Below the pieces are notes generated by a model. It worked only from the letters and a program-made list of their open reading frames with translations. It made no database searches and was not told the origin of the DNA. The translations under genes were made by a program, and so were the position numbers. A stretch of DNA of 63,955 bases, the filler included. It is 12 parts of 12 records of this genome, joined end to end, with 100 filler letters (N's around TTAATTAATTAA, not from the genome) between each part and the next. Parts side by side here need not be neighbours in the genome. Positions count along the whole stretch, not along the records: positions 1 to 15,110 come from SRR11831586_1207; 11 more parts are not named here. One strand, written 5' to 3'. This document shows, in pieces, positions 1 through 13,785 of the stretch. Within the stretch, counting starts at the first letter, position 1. Each line of letters starts with the position of its first letter.

Positions 1-694
1 ACTTTTTGGTTCAGTTCGTCAGGCATTGCAACTAGTACAAAATGAATTGCCTGGTTCAGGTTTTGAACCCGCGAGCAGTGAACGTGTATTTCATCTTTGT
101 GTTTGCAGCCCGTTAGACAGCATTCTGACCTCGCAGATTTATAATCACATTGAGCAGATTGCGCCAAATATACATGTTATGTTCAAGTCTTCATTAAATC
201 AGAACACTGAACATCAGCTGCGTTATCAGGAAACGGAGTTTGTGATTAGTTATGAAGACTTCCATCGTCCTGAATTTACCAGCGTACCATTATTTAAAGA
301 TGAAATGGTGCTGGTAGCCAGCAAAAATCATCCAACAATTAAGGGCCCGTTACTGAAACATGATGTTTATAACGAACAACATGCGGCGGTTTCGCTCGAT
401 CGTTTCGCGTCATTTAGTCAACCTTGGTATGACACGGTAGATAAGCAAGCCAGTATCGCGTATCAGGGCATGGCAATGATGAGCGTACTTAGCGTGGTGT
501 CGCAAACGCATTTGGTCGCTATTGCGCCGCGTTGGCTGGCTGAAGAGTTCGCTGAATCCTTAGAATTACAGGTATTACCGCTGCCGTTAAAACAAAACAG
601 CAGAACCTGTTATCTCTCCTGGCATGAAGCTGCCGGGCGCGATAAAGGCCATCAGTGGATGGAAGAGCAATTAGTCTCAATTTGCAAACGCTAA
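1..694 (+). CDS. leuO: LysR-family regulator LeuO, 5'-truncated by window start
   Basis: Open frame from base 2 to TAA 692-694; LysR substrate-binding domain; lies upstream of ilvIH as in E. coli. Confidence 0.95.
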   Translation, partial: LFGSVRQALQLVQNELPGSGFEPASSERVFHLCVCSPLDSILTSQIYNHIEQIAPNIHVMFKSSLNQNTEHQLRYQETEFVISYEDFHRPEFTSVPLFKDEMVLVASKNHPTIKGPLLKHDVYNEQHAAVSLDRFASFSQPWYDTVDKQASIAYQGMAMMSVLSVVSQTHLVAIAPRWLAEEFAESLELQVLPLPLKQNSRTCYLSWHEAAGRDKGHQWMEEQLVSICKR

Positions 695-699
695 CTGAT

Positions 700-745
700 T
701 GCAGAATAGGTCAGACATGAATGTCTGGTTTATTCTGCATTTTTT
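700..745 (+). terminator. Inverted repeat plus T-run after leuO
   Basis: TGCAGAATA..AGACAT-GA-ATGTCT..TATTCTGCA followed by TTTTTT. Confidence 0.6.
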
Positions 746-753
746 ATTGAATG

Positions 754-768
754 TAGAATTTTATTCTG
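754..768. promoter_or_regulatory. Lrp-binding site in the ilvIH upstream region
   Basis: TAGAATTTTATTCTG matches the Lrp consensus YAGHAWATTWTDCTR; ilvIH is a known Lrp target. Confidence 0.7.
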
Positions 769-1011
769 AATGTGTGGGCTCTCTATTTTAGGATTAATTA
801 AAAAAATAGAGAAATTGCTGTAAGTTGTGGGATTCAGCCGATTTATTATCAATTTAATCCTCTGTAATGGAGGATTTTATCGTTTCTTTTCACCTTTCCT
901 CCTGTTTATTCTTATTACCCCGTGTTTATGTCTCTGGCTGCCAATTGCTTAAGCAAGATCGGACGGTTAATGTGTTTTACACATTTTTTCCGTCAAACAG
1001 TGAGGCAGGCC

Positions 1012-2736
1012 ATGGAGATGTTGTCTGGAGCCGAGATGGTCGTCCGATCGCTTATCGATCAGGGCGTTAAACAAGTATTCGGTTATCCCGGAGGCGCAGT
1101 CCTTGATATTTATGATGCATTGCATACCGTGGGTGGTATTGATCATGTATTAGTTCGTCATGAGCAGGCGGCGGTGCATATGGCCGATGGCCTGGCGCGC
1201 GCGACCGGGGAAGTCGGCGTCGTGCTGGTAACGTCGGGTCCAGGGGCGACCAATGCGATTACTGGCATCGCCACCGCTTATATGGATTCCATTCCATTAG
1301 TTGTCCTTTCCGGGCAGGTAGCGACCTCGTTGATAGGTTACGATGCCTTTCAGGAGTGCGACATGGTGGGGATTTCGCGACCGGTGGTTAAACACAGTTT
1401 TCTGGTTAAGCAAACGGAAGACATTCCGCAGGTGCTGAAAAAGGCTTTCTGGCTGGCGGCAAGTGGTCGCCCAGGACCAGTAGTCGTTGATTTACCGAAA
1501 GATATTCTTAATCCGGCGAACAAATTACCCTATGTCTGGCCGGAGTCGGTCAGTATGCGTTCTTACAATCCCACTACTACCGGACATAAAGGGCAAATTA
1601 AGCGTGCTCTGCAAACGCTGGTAGCGGCAAAAAAACCGGTTGTCTACGTAGGCGGTGGGGCAATCACGGCGGGCTGCCATCAGCAGTTGAAAGAAACGGT
1701 GGAGGCGTTGAATCTGCCCGTTGTTTGCTCATTGATGGGGCTGGGGGCGTTTCCGGCAACGCATCGTCAGGCACTGGGCATGCTGGGAATGCACGGTACC
1801 TACGAAGCCAATATGACGATGCATAACGCGGATGTGATTTTCGCCGTCGGGGTACGATTTGATGACCGAACGACGAACAATCTGGCAAAGTACTGCCCAA
1901 ATGCCACTGTTCTGCATATCGATATTGATCCTACTTCCATTTCTAAAACCGTGACTGCGGATATCCCGATTGTGGGGGATGCTCGCCAGGTCCTCGAACA
2001 AATGCTTGAACTCTTGTCGCAAGAATCCGCCCATCAACCACTGGATGAGATCCGCGACTGGTGGCAGCAAATTGAACAGTGGCGCGCTCGTCAGTGCCTG
2101 AAATATGACACTCACAGTGAAAAGATTAAACCGCAGGCGGTGATCGAGACTCTTTGGCGGTTGACGAAGGGAGACGCTTACGTGACGTCCGATGTCGGGC
2201 AGCACCAGATGTTTGCTGCACTTTATTATCCATTCGACAAACCGCGTCGCTGGATCAATTCCGGTGGCCTCGGCACGATGGGTTTTGGTTTACCTGCGGC
2301 ACTGGGCGTCAAAATGGCGTTGCCAGAAGAAACCGTGGTTTGCGTCACTGGCGACGGCAGTATTCAGATGAACATCCAGGAACTGTCTACCGCGTTGCAA
2401 TACGAGTTGCCCGTACTGGTGGTGAATCTCAATAACCGCTATCTGGGGATGGTGAAGCAGTGGCAGGACATGATCTATTCCGGCCGTCATTCACAATCTT
2501 ATATGCAATCGCTACCCGATTTCGTCCGTCTGGCGGAAGCCTATGGGCATGTCGGGATCCAGATTTCTCATCCGCATGAGCTGGAAAGCAAACTTAGCGA
2601 GGCGCTGGAACAGGTGCGCAATAATCGCCTGGTGTTTGTTGATGTTACCGTCGATGGCAGCGAGCACGTCTACCCGATGCAGATTCGCGGGGGCGGAATG
2701 GATGAAATGTGGTTAAGCAAAACGGAGAGAACCTGA
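1012..2736 (+). CDS. ilvI: Acetolactate synthase III large subunit
   Basis: 574 aa from [13 protein letters not shown] motif and GDGSIQMN thiamine diphosphate motif. Confidence 0.97.
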   Translation: MEMLSGAEMVVRSLIDQGVKQVFGYPGGAVLDIYDALHTVGGIDHVLVRHEQAAVHMADGLARATGEVGVVLVTSGPGATNAITGIATAYMDSIPLVVLSGQVATSLIGYDAFQECDMVGISRPVVKHSFLVKQTEDIPQVLKKAFWLAASGRPGPVVVDLPKDILNPANKLPYVWPESVSMRSYNPTTTGHKGQIKRALQTLVAAKKPVVYVGGGAITAGCHQQLKETVEALNLPVVCSLMGLGAFPATHRQALGMLGMHGTYEANMTMHNADVIFAVGVRFDDRTTNNLAKYCPNATVLHIDIDPTSISKTVTADIPIVGDARQVLEQMLELLSQESAHQPLDEIRDWWQQIEQWRARQCLKYDTHSEKIKPQAVIETLWRLTKGDAYVTSDVGQHQMFAALYYPFDKPRRWINSGGLGTMGFGLPAALGVKMALPEETVVCVTGDGSIQMNIQELSTALQYELPVLVVNLNNRYLGMVKQWQDMIYSGRHSQSYMQSLPDFVRLAEAYGHVGIQISHPHELESKLSEALEQVRNNRLVFVDVTVDGSEHVYPMQIRGGGMDEMWLSKTERT

Positions 2737-2738
2737 TT

Positions 2739-3230
2739 ATGCGCCGGATATTATCAGTCTTACTCGAAAATGAATCAGGCGCGTTATCCCGCGTGATTGG
2801 CCTTTTTTCCCAGCGTGGCTACAACATTGAAAGCCTGACCGTTGCGCCAACCGACGATCCGACATTATCGCGTATGACCATCCAGACCGTGGGCGATGAA
2901 AAAGTACTTGAGCAGATCGAAAAGCAATTACACAAACTGGTCGATGTCTTGCGCGTGAGTGAGTTGGGGCAGGGCGCGCATGTTGAGCGGGAAATCATGC
3001 TGGTGAAAATTCAGGCCAGCGGTTACGGGCGTGACGAAGTGAAACGTAATACGGAAATATTCCGTGGGCAAATTATCGATGTCACACCCTCGCTTTATAC
3101 CGTTCAATTAGCAGGCACCAGCGGTAAGCTTGATGCATTTTTAGCATCGATTCGCGATGTGGCGAAAATTGTGGAGGTTGCTCGCTCTGGTGTGGTCGGA
3201 CTTTCGCGCGGCGATAAAATAATGCGTTGA
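2739..3230 (+). CDS. ilvH: Acetolactate synthase III small (regulatory) subunit
   Basis: 163 aa starting [22 protein letters not shown] domain. Confidence 0.97.
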
Positions 3231-3254
3231 GAATGATCTCAATGCGCAATTTAC

Positions 3255-3283
3255 AGCCCAACATGTCACGTTGGGCTTTTTTT
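3255..3283 (+). terminator. Intrinsic terminator of ilvIH
   Basis: AGCCCAAC-loop-GTTGGGCT followed by a T-run. Confidence 0.85.
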
Positions 3284-3409
3284 GCGAAATCAGTGGGAAC
3301 CTGGAATAAAAGCAGTTGCCGCAGTTAATTTTCTGCGCTTAGATGTTAATGAATTTAACCCATACCAGTACAATGGCTATGGTTTTTACATTTTACGCAA
3401 GGGGCAATT

Positions 3410-4414
3410 GTGAAACTGGATGAAATCGCTCGGCTGGCGGGAGTGTCGCGGACCACTGCAAGCTATGTTATTAACGGCAAAGCGAAGCAATACCGTGTGA
3501 GCGACAAAACCGTTGAAAAAGTCATGGCTGTGGTGCGTGAGCACAATTACCACCCGAACGCCGTGGCAGCTGGGCTTCGTGCTGGACGCACACGTTCTAT
3601 TGGTCTTGTGATCCCCGATCTGGAGAACACCAGCTATACCCGCATCGCTAACTATCTTGAACGCCAGGCGCGGCAACGGGGTTATCAACTGCTGATTGCC
3701 TGCTCAGAAGATCAGCCAGACAACGAAATGCGGTGCATTGAGCACCTTTTACAGCGTCAGGTTGATGCCATTATTGTTTCGACGTCGTTGCCTCCTGAGC
3801 ATCCTTTTTATCAACGCTGGGCTAACGACCCGTTCCCGATTGTCGCGCTGGACCGCGCCCTCGATCGTGAACACTTCACCAGCGTGGTTGGTGCCGATCA
3901 GGATGATGCCGAAATGCTGGCGGAAGAGTTACGTAAGTTTCCCGCCGAGACGATGCTTTATCTTGGTGCGCTACCGGAGCTTTCTGTCAGCTTCCTGCGT
4001 GAACAAGGTTTCCGTACTGCCTGGAAAGATGATCCGCGCGAAGTGCATTTCCTGTATGCCAACAGCTATGAGCGGGAGGCGGCTGCCCAGTTATTCGAAA
4101 AATGGCTGGAAACGCATCCGATGCCGCAGGCGCTGTTCACAACGTCGTTTGCGTTGTTGCAAGGAGTGATGGATGTCACGCTGCGTCGCGACGGCAAACT
4201 GCCTTCTGACCTGGCAATTGCCACCTTTGGCGATAACGAACTGCTCGACTTCTTACAGTGTCCGGTGCTGGCAGTGGCTCAACGTCACCGCGATGTCGCA
4301 GAGCGTGTGCTGGAGATTGTCCTGGCAAGCCTGGACGAACCGCGTAAGCCAAAACCTGGTTTAACGCGCATTAAACGTAATCTCTATCGCCGCGGCGTGC
4401 TCAGCCGTAGCTAA
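3410..4414 (+). CDS. cra: Catabolite repressor/activator Cra (FruR), LacI family
   Basis: GTG start; 334 aa; [26 protein letters not shown]. Confidence 0.97.
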   Translation: MKLDEIARLAGVSRTTASYVINGKAKQYRVSDKTVEKVMAVVREHNYHPNAVAAGLRAGRTRSIGLVIPDLENTSYTRIANYLERQARQRGYQLLIACSEDQPDNEMRCIEHLLQRQVDAIIVSTSLPPEHPFYQRWANDPFPIVALDRALDREHFTSVVGADQDDAEMLAEELRKFPAETMLYLGALPELSVSFLREQGFRTAWKDDPREVHFLYANSYEREAAAQLFEKWLETHPMPQALFTTSFALLQGVMDVTLRRDGKLPSDLAIATFGDNELLDFLQCPVLAVAQRHRDVAERVLEIVLASLDEPRKPKPGLTRIKRNLYRRGVLSRS

Positions 4415-4428
4415 GCCGCGAACAAAAA

Positions 4429-4460
4429 TACGCGCCAGGTGAATTTCCCTCTGGCGCGTA
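4429..4460. terminator. Hairpin after cra
   Basis: TACGCGCCAG...CTGGCGCGTA inverted repeat; no + strand U-tract. Confidence 0.55.
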
Positions 4461-4934
4461 GAGTACGGGACTGGACATCAATATGCTTAAAGTAAATAAG
4501 ACTATTCCTGACTATTATTGATAAATGCTTTTAAACCCGCCCGTTAATTAACTCACCAGCTGAAATTCACAATAATTAAGTGATATCGACAGCGCGTTTT
4601 TGCATTATTTTGTTACATGCGGCGATGAATTGCCGATTTAACAAACACTTTTCTTTGCTTTTGCGCAAACCCGCTGGCATCAAGCGCCACACAGACGTAA
4701 CAAGGACTGTTAACCGGGGAAGATATGTCCTAAAATGCCGCTCGCGTCGCAAACTGACACTTTATATTTGCTGTGGAAAATAGTGAGTCATTTTAAAACG
4801 GTGATGACGATGAGGGATTTTTTCTTACAGCTATTCATAACGTTAATTTGCTTCGCACGTTGGACGTAAAATAAACAACGCTGATATTAGCCGTAAACAT
4901 CGGGTTTTTTACCTCGGTATGCCTTGTGACTGGC

Positions 4935-4964
4935 TTGACAAGCTTTTCCTCAGCTCCGTAAACT
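4935..4964 (+). promoter_or_regulatory. Sigma70 promoter of the dcw cluster (Pmra)
   Basis: TTGACA (4935-4940), 18 bp spacer, TAAACT (4959-4964). Confidence 0.75.
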
Positions 4965-4971
4965 CCTTTCA

Positions 4972-4997
4972 GTGGGAAATTGTGGGGCAAAGTGGGA
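4972..4997 (+). promoter_or_regulatory. MraZ operator: three GTGGG direct repeats at 10-bp spacing
   Basis: GTGGG at 4972, 4982 and 4992, just upstream of mraZ. Confidence 0.85.
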
Positions 4998-5015
4998 ATA
5001 AGGGGTGAGGCTGGC

Positions 5016-5474
5016 ATGTTCCGGGGAGCAACGTTAGTCAATCTCGACAGCAAAGGGCGCTTATCAGTGCCTACCCGTTATCGGGAACAGCTGCTTGAGA
5101 ACGCTGCCGGTCAAATGGTTTGCACCATTGACATTTATCACCCGTGCCTGCTGCTTTACCCCCTGCCTGAATGGGAAATTATCGAGCAAAAATTATCGCG
5201 TCTGTCGAGCATGAACCCGGTTGAGCGCCGTGTGCAGCGCCTACTGTTAGGTCATGCCAGCGAATGTCAGATGGATGGCGCAGGTCGATTGTTAATCGCG
5301 CCAGTACTGCGGCAACATGCCGGGCTGACAAAAGAAGTGATGCTGGTTGGACAGTTCAACAAGTTTGAGCTGTGGGATGAAACAACCTGGCATCAACAGG
5401 TCAAGGAAGATATCGACGCAGAGCAGTTGGCTACCGGAGACTTATCGGAGCGACTGCAGGACTTGTCTCTATAA
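5016..5474 (+). CDS. mraZ: Transcriptional repressor MraZ
   Basis: 152 aa; DSKGRL and DGAGRL motifs. Confidence 0.97.
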
Positions 5475-5475
5475 A

Positions 5476-6417
5476 ATGATGGAAAACTATAAACATACTA
5501 CGGTGCTGCTGGATGAAGCCGTTAATGGCCTCAATATCCGTCCTGATGGCATCTACATTGATGGGACTTTTGGTCGCGGTGGTCACTCACGTCTGATCCT
5601 CTCGCAGCTTGGCGAAGAGGGGCGTTTGCTGGCGATCGATCGCGACCCGCAGGCTATCGCCGTTGCGAAGACTATTGATGATCCGCGCTTCTCCATCATC
5701 CACGGACCTTTCTCCGCGCTGGGCGAATACGTTGCCGAGCGCGATCTTATCGGCAAGATCGACGGCATTCTCCTCGATCTTGGCGTCTCTTCACCGCAAC
5801 TTGATGATGCTGAACGTGGCTTTTCCTTTATGCGCGATGGTCCGCTGGACATGCGTATGGACCCAACCCGTGGGCAGTCAGCCGCTGAATGGCTACAAAC
5901 CGCAGAAGAAGCCGATATCGCCTGGGTATTGAAAACCTATGGTGAAGAGCGTTTTGCCAAACGCATTGCCCGCGCCATTGTCGAGCGTAACCGCGAACAG
6001 CCGATGACCCGCACCAAAGAACTGGCGGAAGTCGTGGCTGCTGCAACGCCGGTGAAAGATAAGTTTAAACATCCCGCGACCCGTACCTTCCAGGCGGTGC
6101 GCATTTGGGTAAACAGTGAACTGGAGGAGATAGAGCAGGCGCTAAAAAGCTCGCTCAACGTGCTGGCCCCGGGTGGGCGGCTTTCGATCATCAGCTTCCA
6201 CTCGCTGGAAGACCGTATTGTGAAACGTTTTATGCGTGAAAACAGCCGCGGTCCGCAAGTTCCGGCAGGGTTACCGATGACTGAAGAGCAGCTCAAAAAA
6301 CTGGGTGGCCGTCAGCTGCGAGCACTAGGCAAGTTAATGCCGGGCGAAGAAGAGGTGGCTGAGAACCCTCGTGCCCGTAGTTCAGTTCTGCGTATTGCAG
6401 AGAGGACGAATGCATGA
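5476..6417 (+). CDS. rsmH: 16S rRNA m4C1402 methyltransferase
   Basis: 313 aa; [20 protein letters not shown] and NPRARS motifs. Confidence 0.97.
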
Positions 6418-6779
6418 TCAGCAGAGTGACAGAAGCTCTAAGCAAAGTTAAAGGATCGATGGGAAGCCACGAGCGCCATGCATTGCCTGGTGTTATCGGT
6501 GACGATCTTTTGCGATTTGGGAAGCTGCCACTCTGCCTGTTCATTTGCATTATTTTGACGGCGGTGACTGTGGTAACCACGGCGCACCATACCCGTTTAC
6601 TGACCGCTCAGCGCGAACAACTGGTGCTGGAGCGAGATGCTTTAGACATTGAATGGCGCAACCTGATCCTTGAAGAGAATGCGCTCGGCGACCATAGCCG
6701 GGTGGAAAGGATCGCCACGGAAAAGCTGCAAATGCAGCATGTTGATCCGTCACAAGAAAATATCGTAGTGCAAAAATAA
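6414..6779 (+). CDS. ftsL: Cell division protein FtsL
   Basis: 121 aa; one TM helix plus coiled coil; dcw gene order. Confidence 0.96.
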
Positions 6780-6794
6780 GGATAAACGCGACGC

Positions 6795-8561
6795 ATGAAA
6801 GCAGCGGCGAAAACGCAGAAACCAAAACGTCAGGAAGAACATGCCAACTTTATCAGTTGGCGTTTTGCGTTGTTATGCGGCTGTATTCTCCTGGCGCTGG
6901 CTTTTCTGCTCGGACGCGTAGCGTGGTTACAAGTTATCTCCCCGGATATGCTGGTGAAAGAGGGCGACATGCGTTCTCTTCGCGTTCAGCAAGTTTCCAC
7001 CTCCCGCGGCATGATTACTGACCGTTCTGGTCGCCCGTTAGCGGTGAGCGTGCCGGTAAAAGCGATTTGGGCTGACCCGAAAGAAGTGCATGACGCTGGC
7101 GGTATCAGCGTCGGTGACCGCTGGAAGGCGCTGGCTAACGCGCTCAATATTCCGCTGGATCAGCTTTCAGCCCGCATTAACGCCAACCCGAAAGGGCGCT
7201 TTATTTATCTGGCGCGTCAGGTGAACCCTGACATGGCGGACTACATCAAAAAACTGAAACTGCCGGGGATTCATCTGCGTGAAGAGTCTCGCCGTTACTA
7301 TCCGTCCGGCGAAGTGACTGCTCACCTCATCGGCTTTACTAACGTCGATAGTCAAGGGATTGAGGGCGTTGAGAAGAGTTTCGATAAATGGCTTACCGGG
7401 CAGCCGGGTGAGCGCATTGTGCGTAAAGACCGCTATGGTCGCGTAATTGAAGATATTTCTTCTACTGACAGCCAGGCAGCGCACAACCTGGCGCTGAGTA
7501 TTGATGAACGCCTGCAGGCGCTGGTTTATCGCGAACTGAACAACGCGGTGGCCTTTAACAAGGCTGAATCTGGTAGCGCCGTGCTGGTGGATGTCAACAC
7601 CGGTGAAGTGCTGGCGATGGCTAACAGCCCGTCATACAACCCTAACAATCTGAGCGGCACGCCGAAAGAGGCGATGCGTAACCGTACCATCACCGACGTG
7701 TTTGAACCGGGCTCAACGGTTAAACCGATGGTGGTAATGACCGCGTTGCAACGTGGCGTGGTGCGGGAAAACTCGGTACTCAATACCATTCCTTATCGAA
7801 TTAACGGCCACGAAATCAAAGACGTGGCACGCTACAGCGAATTAACCCTGACCGGGGTATTACAGAAGTCGAGTAACGTCGGTGTTTCCAAGCTGGCGTT
7901 AGCGATGCCGTCCTCAGCGTTAGTAGATACTTACTCACGTTTTGGACTGGGAAAAGCGACCAATTTGGGGTTGGTCGGAGAACGCAGTGGCTTATATCCT
8001 CAAAAACAACGGTGGTCTGACATAGAGAGGGCCACCTTCTCTTTCGGCTACGGGCTAATGGTAACACCATTACAGTTAGCGCGAGTCTACGCAACTATCG
8101 GCAGCTACGGCATTTATCGCCCACTGTCGATTACCAAAGTTGACCCCCCGGTTCCCGGTGAACGTGTCTTCCCGGAATCCATTGTCCGCACTGTGGTGCA
8201 TATGATGGAAAGCGTGGCGCTACCAGGCGGCGGCGGCGTGAAGGCGGCGATTAAAGGCTATCGTATCGCCATTAAAACCGGTACCGCGAAAAAGGTCGGG
8301 CCGGACGGTCGCTACATCAATAAATATATTGCTTATACCGCAGGCGTTGCGCCTGCGAGTCAGCCGCGCTTCGCGCTGGTTGTTGTTATCAACGATCCGC
8401 AGGCGGGTAAATACTACGGCGGCGCCGTTTCCGCGCCGGTCTTTGGTGCCATCATGGGCGGCGTATTGCGTACCATGAACATCGAGCCGGATGCGCTGAC
8501 AACGGGCGATAAAAATGAATTTGTGATTAATCAAGGCGAGGGGACAGGTGGCAGATCGTAA
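6795..8561 (+). CDS. ftsI: Peptidoglycan DD-transpeptidase PBP3
   Basis: 588 aa; STVK, SSN and KTG motifs; no YRIN/YRIK insertion. Confidence 0.98.
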
Positions 8562-10035
8562 TTTGCGCGACCTTCTTGCTCCGTGGGTGCCAGACGCACC
8601 TTCGCGAGCACTGCGAGAGATGACACTCGACAGCCGTGTGGCTGCGGCGGGCGATCTCTTTGTAGCTGTAGTAGGTCATCAGGCGGACGGGCGTCGATAT
8701 ATCCCGCAGGCGATAGCGCAAGGTGTGGCTGCCATTATTGCAGAGGCGAAAGATGAGGCGACCGATGGTGAAATCCGTGAAATGCACGGCGTACCGGTCA
8801 TCTATCTCAGCCAGCTCAACGAGCGTTTATCTGCACTGGCGGGCCGCTTTTACCATGAACCCTCTGACAATTTACGTCTCGTGGGCGTAACGGGCACCAA
8901 CGGCAAAACCACGACTACCCAGCTGTTGGCGCAGTGGAGCCAACTGCTTGGCGAAATCAGCGCGGTAATGGGCACCGTTGGTAACGGCCTGCTGGGGAAA
9001 GTGATCCCGACAGAAAATACAACCGGTTCGGCAGTCGATGTTCAGCATGAGCTGGCGGGGCTGGTGGATCAGGGCGCGACGTTTTGCGCAATGGAAGTTT
9101 CCTCCCACGGGCTGGTACAGCACCGTGTGGCGGCATTGAAATTTGCGGCGTCGGTCTTTACCAACTTAAGCCGCGATCACCTTGATTATCATGGTGATAT
9201 GGAACACTACGAAGCCGCGAAATGGCTGCTTTATTCTGAGCATCATTGCGGTCAGGCGATTATTAACGCCGACGATGAAGTGGGCCGCCGCTGGCTGGCA
9301 AAACTGCCGGACGCGGTTGCGGTATCAATGGAAGATCATATTAATCCGAACTGTCACGGACGCTGGTTGAAAGCGACCGAAGTGAACTATCACGACAGCG
9401 GTGCGACGATTCGCTTTAGCTCAAGTTGGGGCGATGGCGAAATTGAAAGCCATCTGATGGGCGCTTTTAACGTCAGCAACCTGCTGCTCGCGCTGGCGAC
9501 ACTGTTGGCACTCGGCTATCCACTGGCTGATCTGCTGAAAACCGCCGCGCGTCTGCAACCGGTTTGCGGACGTATGGAAGTGTTCACTGCGCCAGGCAAA
9601 CCGACGGTGGTGGTGGATTACGCGCATACGCCGGATGCACTGGAAAAAGCCTTACAGGCGGCGCGTCTGCACTGTGCGGGCAAGCTGTGGTGTGTCTTTG
9701 GCTGTGGTGGCGATCGCGATAAAGGTAAGCGTCCACTGATGGGCGCAATTGCCGAAGAGTTTGCTGACGTGGCGGTGGTGACGGACGATAACCCGCGTAC
9801 CGAAGAACCGCGTGCCATCATCAACGATATTCTGGCGGGAATGTTAGATGCCGGACATGCCAAAGTGATGGAAGGCCGTGCTGAAGCGGTGACTTGCGCC
9901 GTTATGCAGGCTAAAGAGAATGATGTGGTACTGGTCGCGGGCAAAGGCCATGAAGATTACCAGATTGTTGGCAATCAGCGTCTGGACTACTCCGATCGCG
10001 TCACGGTGGCGCGTCTGCTGGGGGTGATTGCATGA
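8548..10035 (+). CDS. murE: UDP-MurNAc-dipeptide:meso-DAP ligase
   Basis: 495 aa; GTNGKTT and DNPR motifs. Confidence 0.97.
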
Positions 10036-11390
10036 TTAGCGTAACCCTTAGCCAACTTACCGACATTCTCAACGGTGAACTGCAAGGTGCAGATATCACC
10101 CTTGATGCTGTAACCACTGATACCCGAAAACTGACGCCGGGCTGCCTGTTTGTTGCCCTGAAAGGCGAACGTTTTGATGCCCACGATTTTGCCGACCAGG
10201 CGAAAGCTGGCGGCGCAGGCGCACTACTGGTTAGCCGTCCGCTGGACATCGACCTGCCGCAGTTAATCGTCAAGGATACGCGTCTGGCGTTTGGTGAACT
10301 GGCTGCATGGGTTCGCCAGCAAGTTCCGGCGCGCGTGGTTGCTCTGACGGGGTCCTCCGGCAAAACCTCCGTTAAAGAGATGACGGCGGCGATTTTAAGC
10401 CAGTGCGGCAACACGCTTTATACGGCAGGCAATCTCAACAACGACATCGGTGTACCGATGACGCTGTTGCGCTTAACGCCGGAATACGATTACGCAGTTA
10501 TTGAACTTGGCGCGAACCATCAGGGCGAAATAGCCTGGACTGTGAGTCTGACTCGCCCGGAAGCTGCGCTGGTCAACAACCTGGCAGCGGCGCATCTGGA
10601 AGGTTTTGGCTCGCTTGCGGGTGTCGCGAAAGCGAAAGGTGAAATCTTTAGCGGCCTGCCGGAAAACGGTATCGCCATTATGAACGCCGACAACAACGAC
10701 TGGCTGAACTGGCAGAGCGTAATTGGCTCACGCAAAGTGTGGCGTTTCTCACCCAATGCCGCCAACAGCGATTTCACCGCCACCAATATCCATGTGACCT
10801 CGCACGGTACGGAATTTACCCTACAAACCCCAACCGGTAGCGTCGATGTTCTGCTGCCGTTGCCGGGGCGTCACAATATTGCGAATGCGCTGGCAGCCGC
10901 TGCGCTCTCCATGTCCGTGGGCGCAACGCTTGATGCTATCAAAGCGGGGCTGGCAAATCTGAAAGCTGTTCCAGGCCGTCTGTTCCCCATCCAACTGGCA
11001 GAAAACCAGTTGCTGCTCGACGACTCCTACAACGCCAATGTCGGTTCAATGACTGCAGCAGTCCAGGTACTGGCTGAAATGCCGGGCTACCGCGTGCTGG
11101 TGGTGGGCGATATGGCGGAACTGGGCGCTGAAAGCGAAGCCTGCCATGTACAGGTGGGCGAGGCGGCAAAAGCTGCTGGTATTGACCGCGTGTTAAGCGT
11201 GGGTAAACAAAGCCATGCTATCAGCACCGCCAGCGGCGTTGGCGAACATTTTGCTGATAAAACTGCGTTAATTACGCGTCTTAAATTACTGATTGCTGAG
11301 CAACAGGTAATTACGATTTTAGTTAAGGGTTCACGTAGTGCCGCCATGGAAGAGGTAGTACGCGCTTTACAGGAGAATGGGACATGTTAG
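10032..11390 (+). CDS. murF: UDP-MurNAc-tripeptide:D-Ala-D-Ala ligase
   Basis: 452 aa; GSSGKTS and DDSYNAN motifs. Confidence 0.97.
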
Positions 11391-12466
11391 TTTGGCTGGC
11401 CGAACATTTGGTCAAATATTATTCCGGCTTTAACGTCTTTTCCTATCTGACGTTTCGCGCCATCGTCAGCCTGCTGACCGCGCTGTTCATCTCATTGTGG
11501 ATGGGCCCGCGTATGATTGCTCATTTGCAAAAACTTTCCTTTGGTCAGGTGGTGCGTAACGACGGTCCTGAATCACACTTCAGCAAGCGCGGTACGCCGA
11601 CCATGGGCGGGATTATGATCCTGACGGCGATTGTGATCTCCGTACTGCTGTGGGCTTACCCGTCCAATCCGTACGTCTGGTGCGTGTTGGTGGTGCTGGT
11701 AGGTTACGGTGTTATTGGCTTTGTTGATGATTATCGCAAAGTGGTGCGTAAAGACACCAAAGGGTTGATCGCTCGTTGGAAGTATTTCTGGATGTCGGTC
11801 ATTGCGCTGGGTGTCGCCTTCGCCCTGTACCTTGCCGGCAAAGACACGCCCGCAACGCAGCTGGTGGTCCCATTCTTTAAAGATGTGATGCCGCAGCTGG
11901 GGCTGTTCTACATTCTGCTGGCTTACTTCGTCATTGTGGGTACTGGCAACGCGGTAAACCTGACCGATGGTCTCGACGGCCTGGCAATTATGCCGACCGT
12001 ATTTGTCGCCGGTGGTTTTGCGCTGGTGGCGTGGGCGACCGGCAATATGAACTTTGCCAGCTACTTGCATATACCGTATCTGCGACACGCCGGGGAACTG
12101 GTTATTGTCTGTACCGCGATAGTCGGGGCAGGACTGGGCTTCCTGTGGTTTAACACCTATCCGGCGCAGGTCTTTATGGGCGATGTAGGTTCGCTGGCGT
12201 TAGGTGGTGCGTTAGGCATTATCGCCGTACTGCTACGTCAGGAATTCCTGCTGGTGATTATGGGGGGCGTGTTCGTGGTAGAAACGCTTTCTGTCATCCT
12301 GCAGGTCGGCTCCTTTAAACTGCGCGGACAACGTATTTTCCGCATGGCACCGATTCATCACCACTATGAACTGAAAGGCTGGCCGGAACCGCGCGTCATT
12401 GTGCGTTTCTGGATTATTTCGCTGATGCTGGTTCTGATTGGTCTGGCAACGCTGAAGGTACGTTAA
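11384..12466 (+). CDS. mraY: Phospho-MurNAc-pentapeptide transferase
   Basis: 360 aa; [16 protein letters not shown] and PIHHHYE motifs. Confidence 0.97.
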
Positions 12467-12468
12467 TC

Positions 12469-13785
12469 ATGGCTGATTATCAGGGTAAAAATGTCGTCAT
12501 TATCGGCCTGGGCCTCACCGGGCTTTCCTGCGTGGACTTTTTCCTCGCTCGCGGTGTGACGCCGCGCGTTATGGATACGCGTATGACACCGCCTGGCCTG
12601 GATAAATTACCCGAAGCCGTAGAACGCCACACGGGCAGTCTGAATGATGAATGGCTGATGGCGGCAGATCTGATTGTCGCCAGTCCCGGTATTGCACTGG
12701 CGCATCCATCCTTAAGCGCTGCCGCTGATGCCGGAATCGAAATCGTTGGCGATATCGAGCTGTTCTGTCGCGAAGCACAAGCACCGATTGTGGCGATTAC
12801 CGGTTCTAACGGCAAAAGCACGGTCACCACGCTAGTGGGTGAAATGGCGAAAGCGGCGGGGGTTAACGTTGGTGTGGGTGGCAATATTGGCCTGCCTGCG
12901 TTGATGCTACTGGATGATGAGTGTGAACTGTACGTGCTGGAACTGTCGAGCTTCCAGCTGGAAACCACCTCCAGCTTACAGGCGGTAGCAGCGACCATTC
13001 TGAACGTGACTGAAGATCATATGGATCGCTATCCGTTTGGTTTACAACAGTATCGTGCAGCAAAACTGCGCATTTACGAAAACGCGAAAGTTTGCGTGGT
13101 TAATGCTGATGATGCCTTAACAATGCCGATTCGCGGTGCGGATGAACGCTGCGTCAGCTTTGGCGTCAACATGGGTGACTATCACCTGAATCATCAGCAG
13201 GGCGAAACCTGGCTGCGGGTTAAAGGCGAGAAAGTGCTGAATGTGAAAGAGATGAAACTTTCCGGGCAGCATAACTACACCAATGCGCTGGCGGCGCTGG
13301 CGCTGGCAGATGCTGCAGGGTTACCGCGTGCCAGCAGCCTGAAAGCGTTAACCACATTCACTGGTCTGCCGCATCGCTTTGAAGTTGTGCTGGAGCATAA
13401 CGGCGTACGTTGGATTAACGATTCGAAAGCGACCAACGTCGGCAGTACGGAAGCGGCGCTGAATGGCCTGCACGTAGACGGCACACTGCATTTGTTGCTG
13501 GGTGGCGATGGTAAATCGGCGGACTTTAGCCCACTGGCGCGTTACCTGAATGGCGATAACGTACGTCTGTATTGTTTCGGTCGTGACGGCGCGCAGCTGG
13601 CGGCGCTACGCCCGGAAGTGGCAGAACAAACCGAAACTATGGAACAGGCGATGCGCTTGCTGGCTCCGCGTGTTCAGCCGGGCGATATGGTTCTGCTCTC
13701 CCCAGCCTGTGCCAGCCTTGATCAGTTCAAGAACTTTGAACAACGAGGCAATGAGTTTGCCCGTCTGGCGAAGGAGTTAGGTTGA
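12469..13785 (+). CDS. murD: UDP-MurNAc-L-Ala:D-Glu ligase
   Basis: 438 aa; GSNGKST and DSKATN motifs. Confidence 0.97.

Noticed and set aside
922-1011. N-terminal extensions in the ORF track (ilvI, rsmH, ampC, fadE, glaH, frdB and others)
   Set aside because: Longest-ORF artefacts; downstream starts give the known protein lengths
4972-4997. 10-bp periodic GTGGG repeats as a novel element
   Set aside because: This is the known MraZ operator
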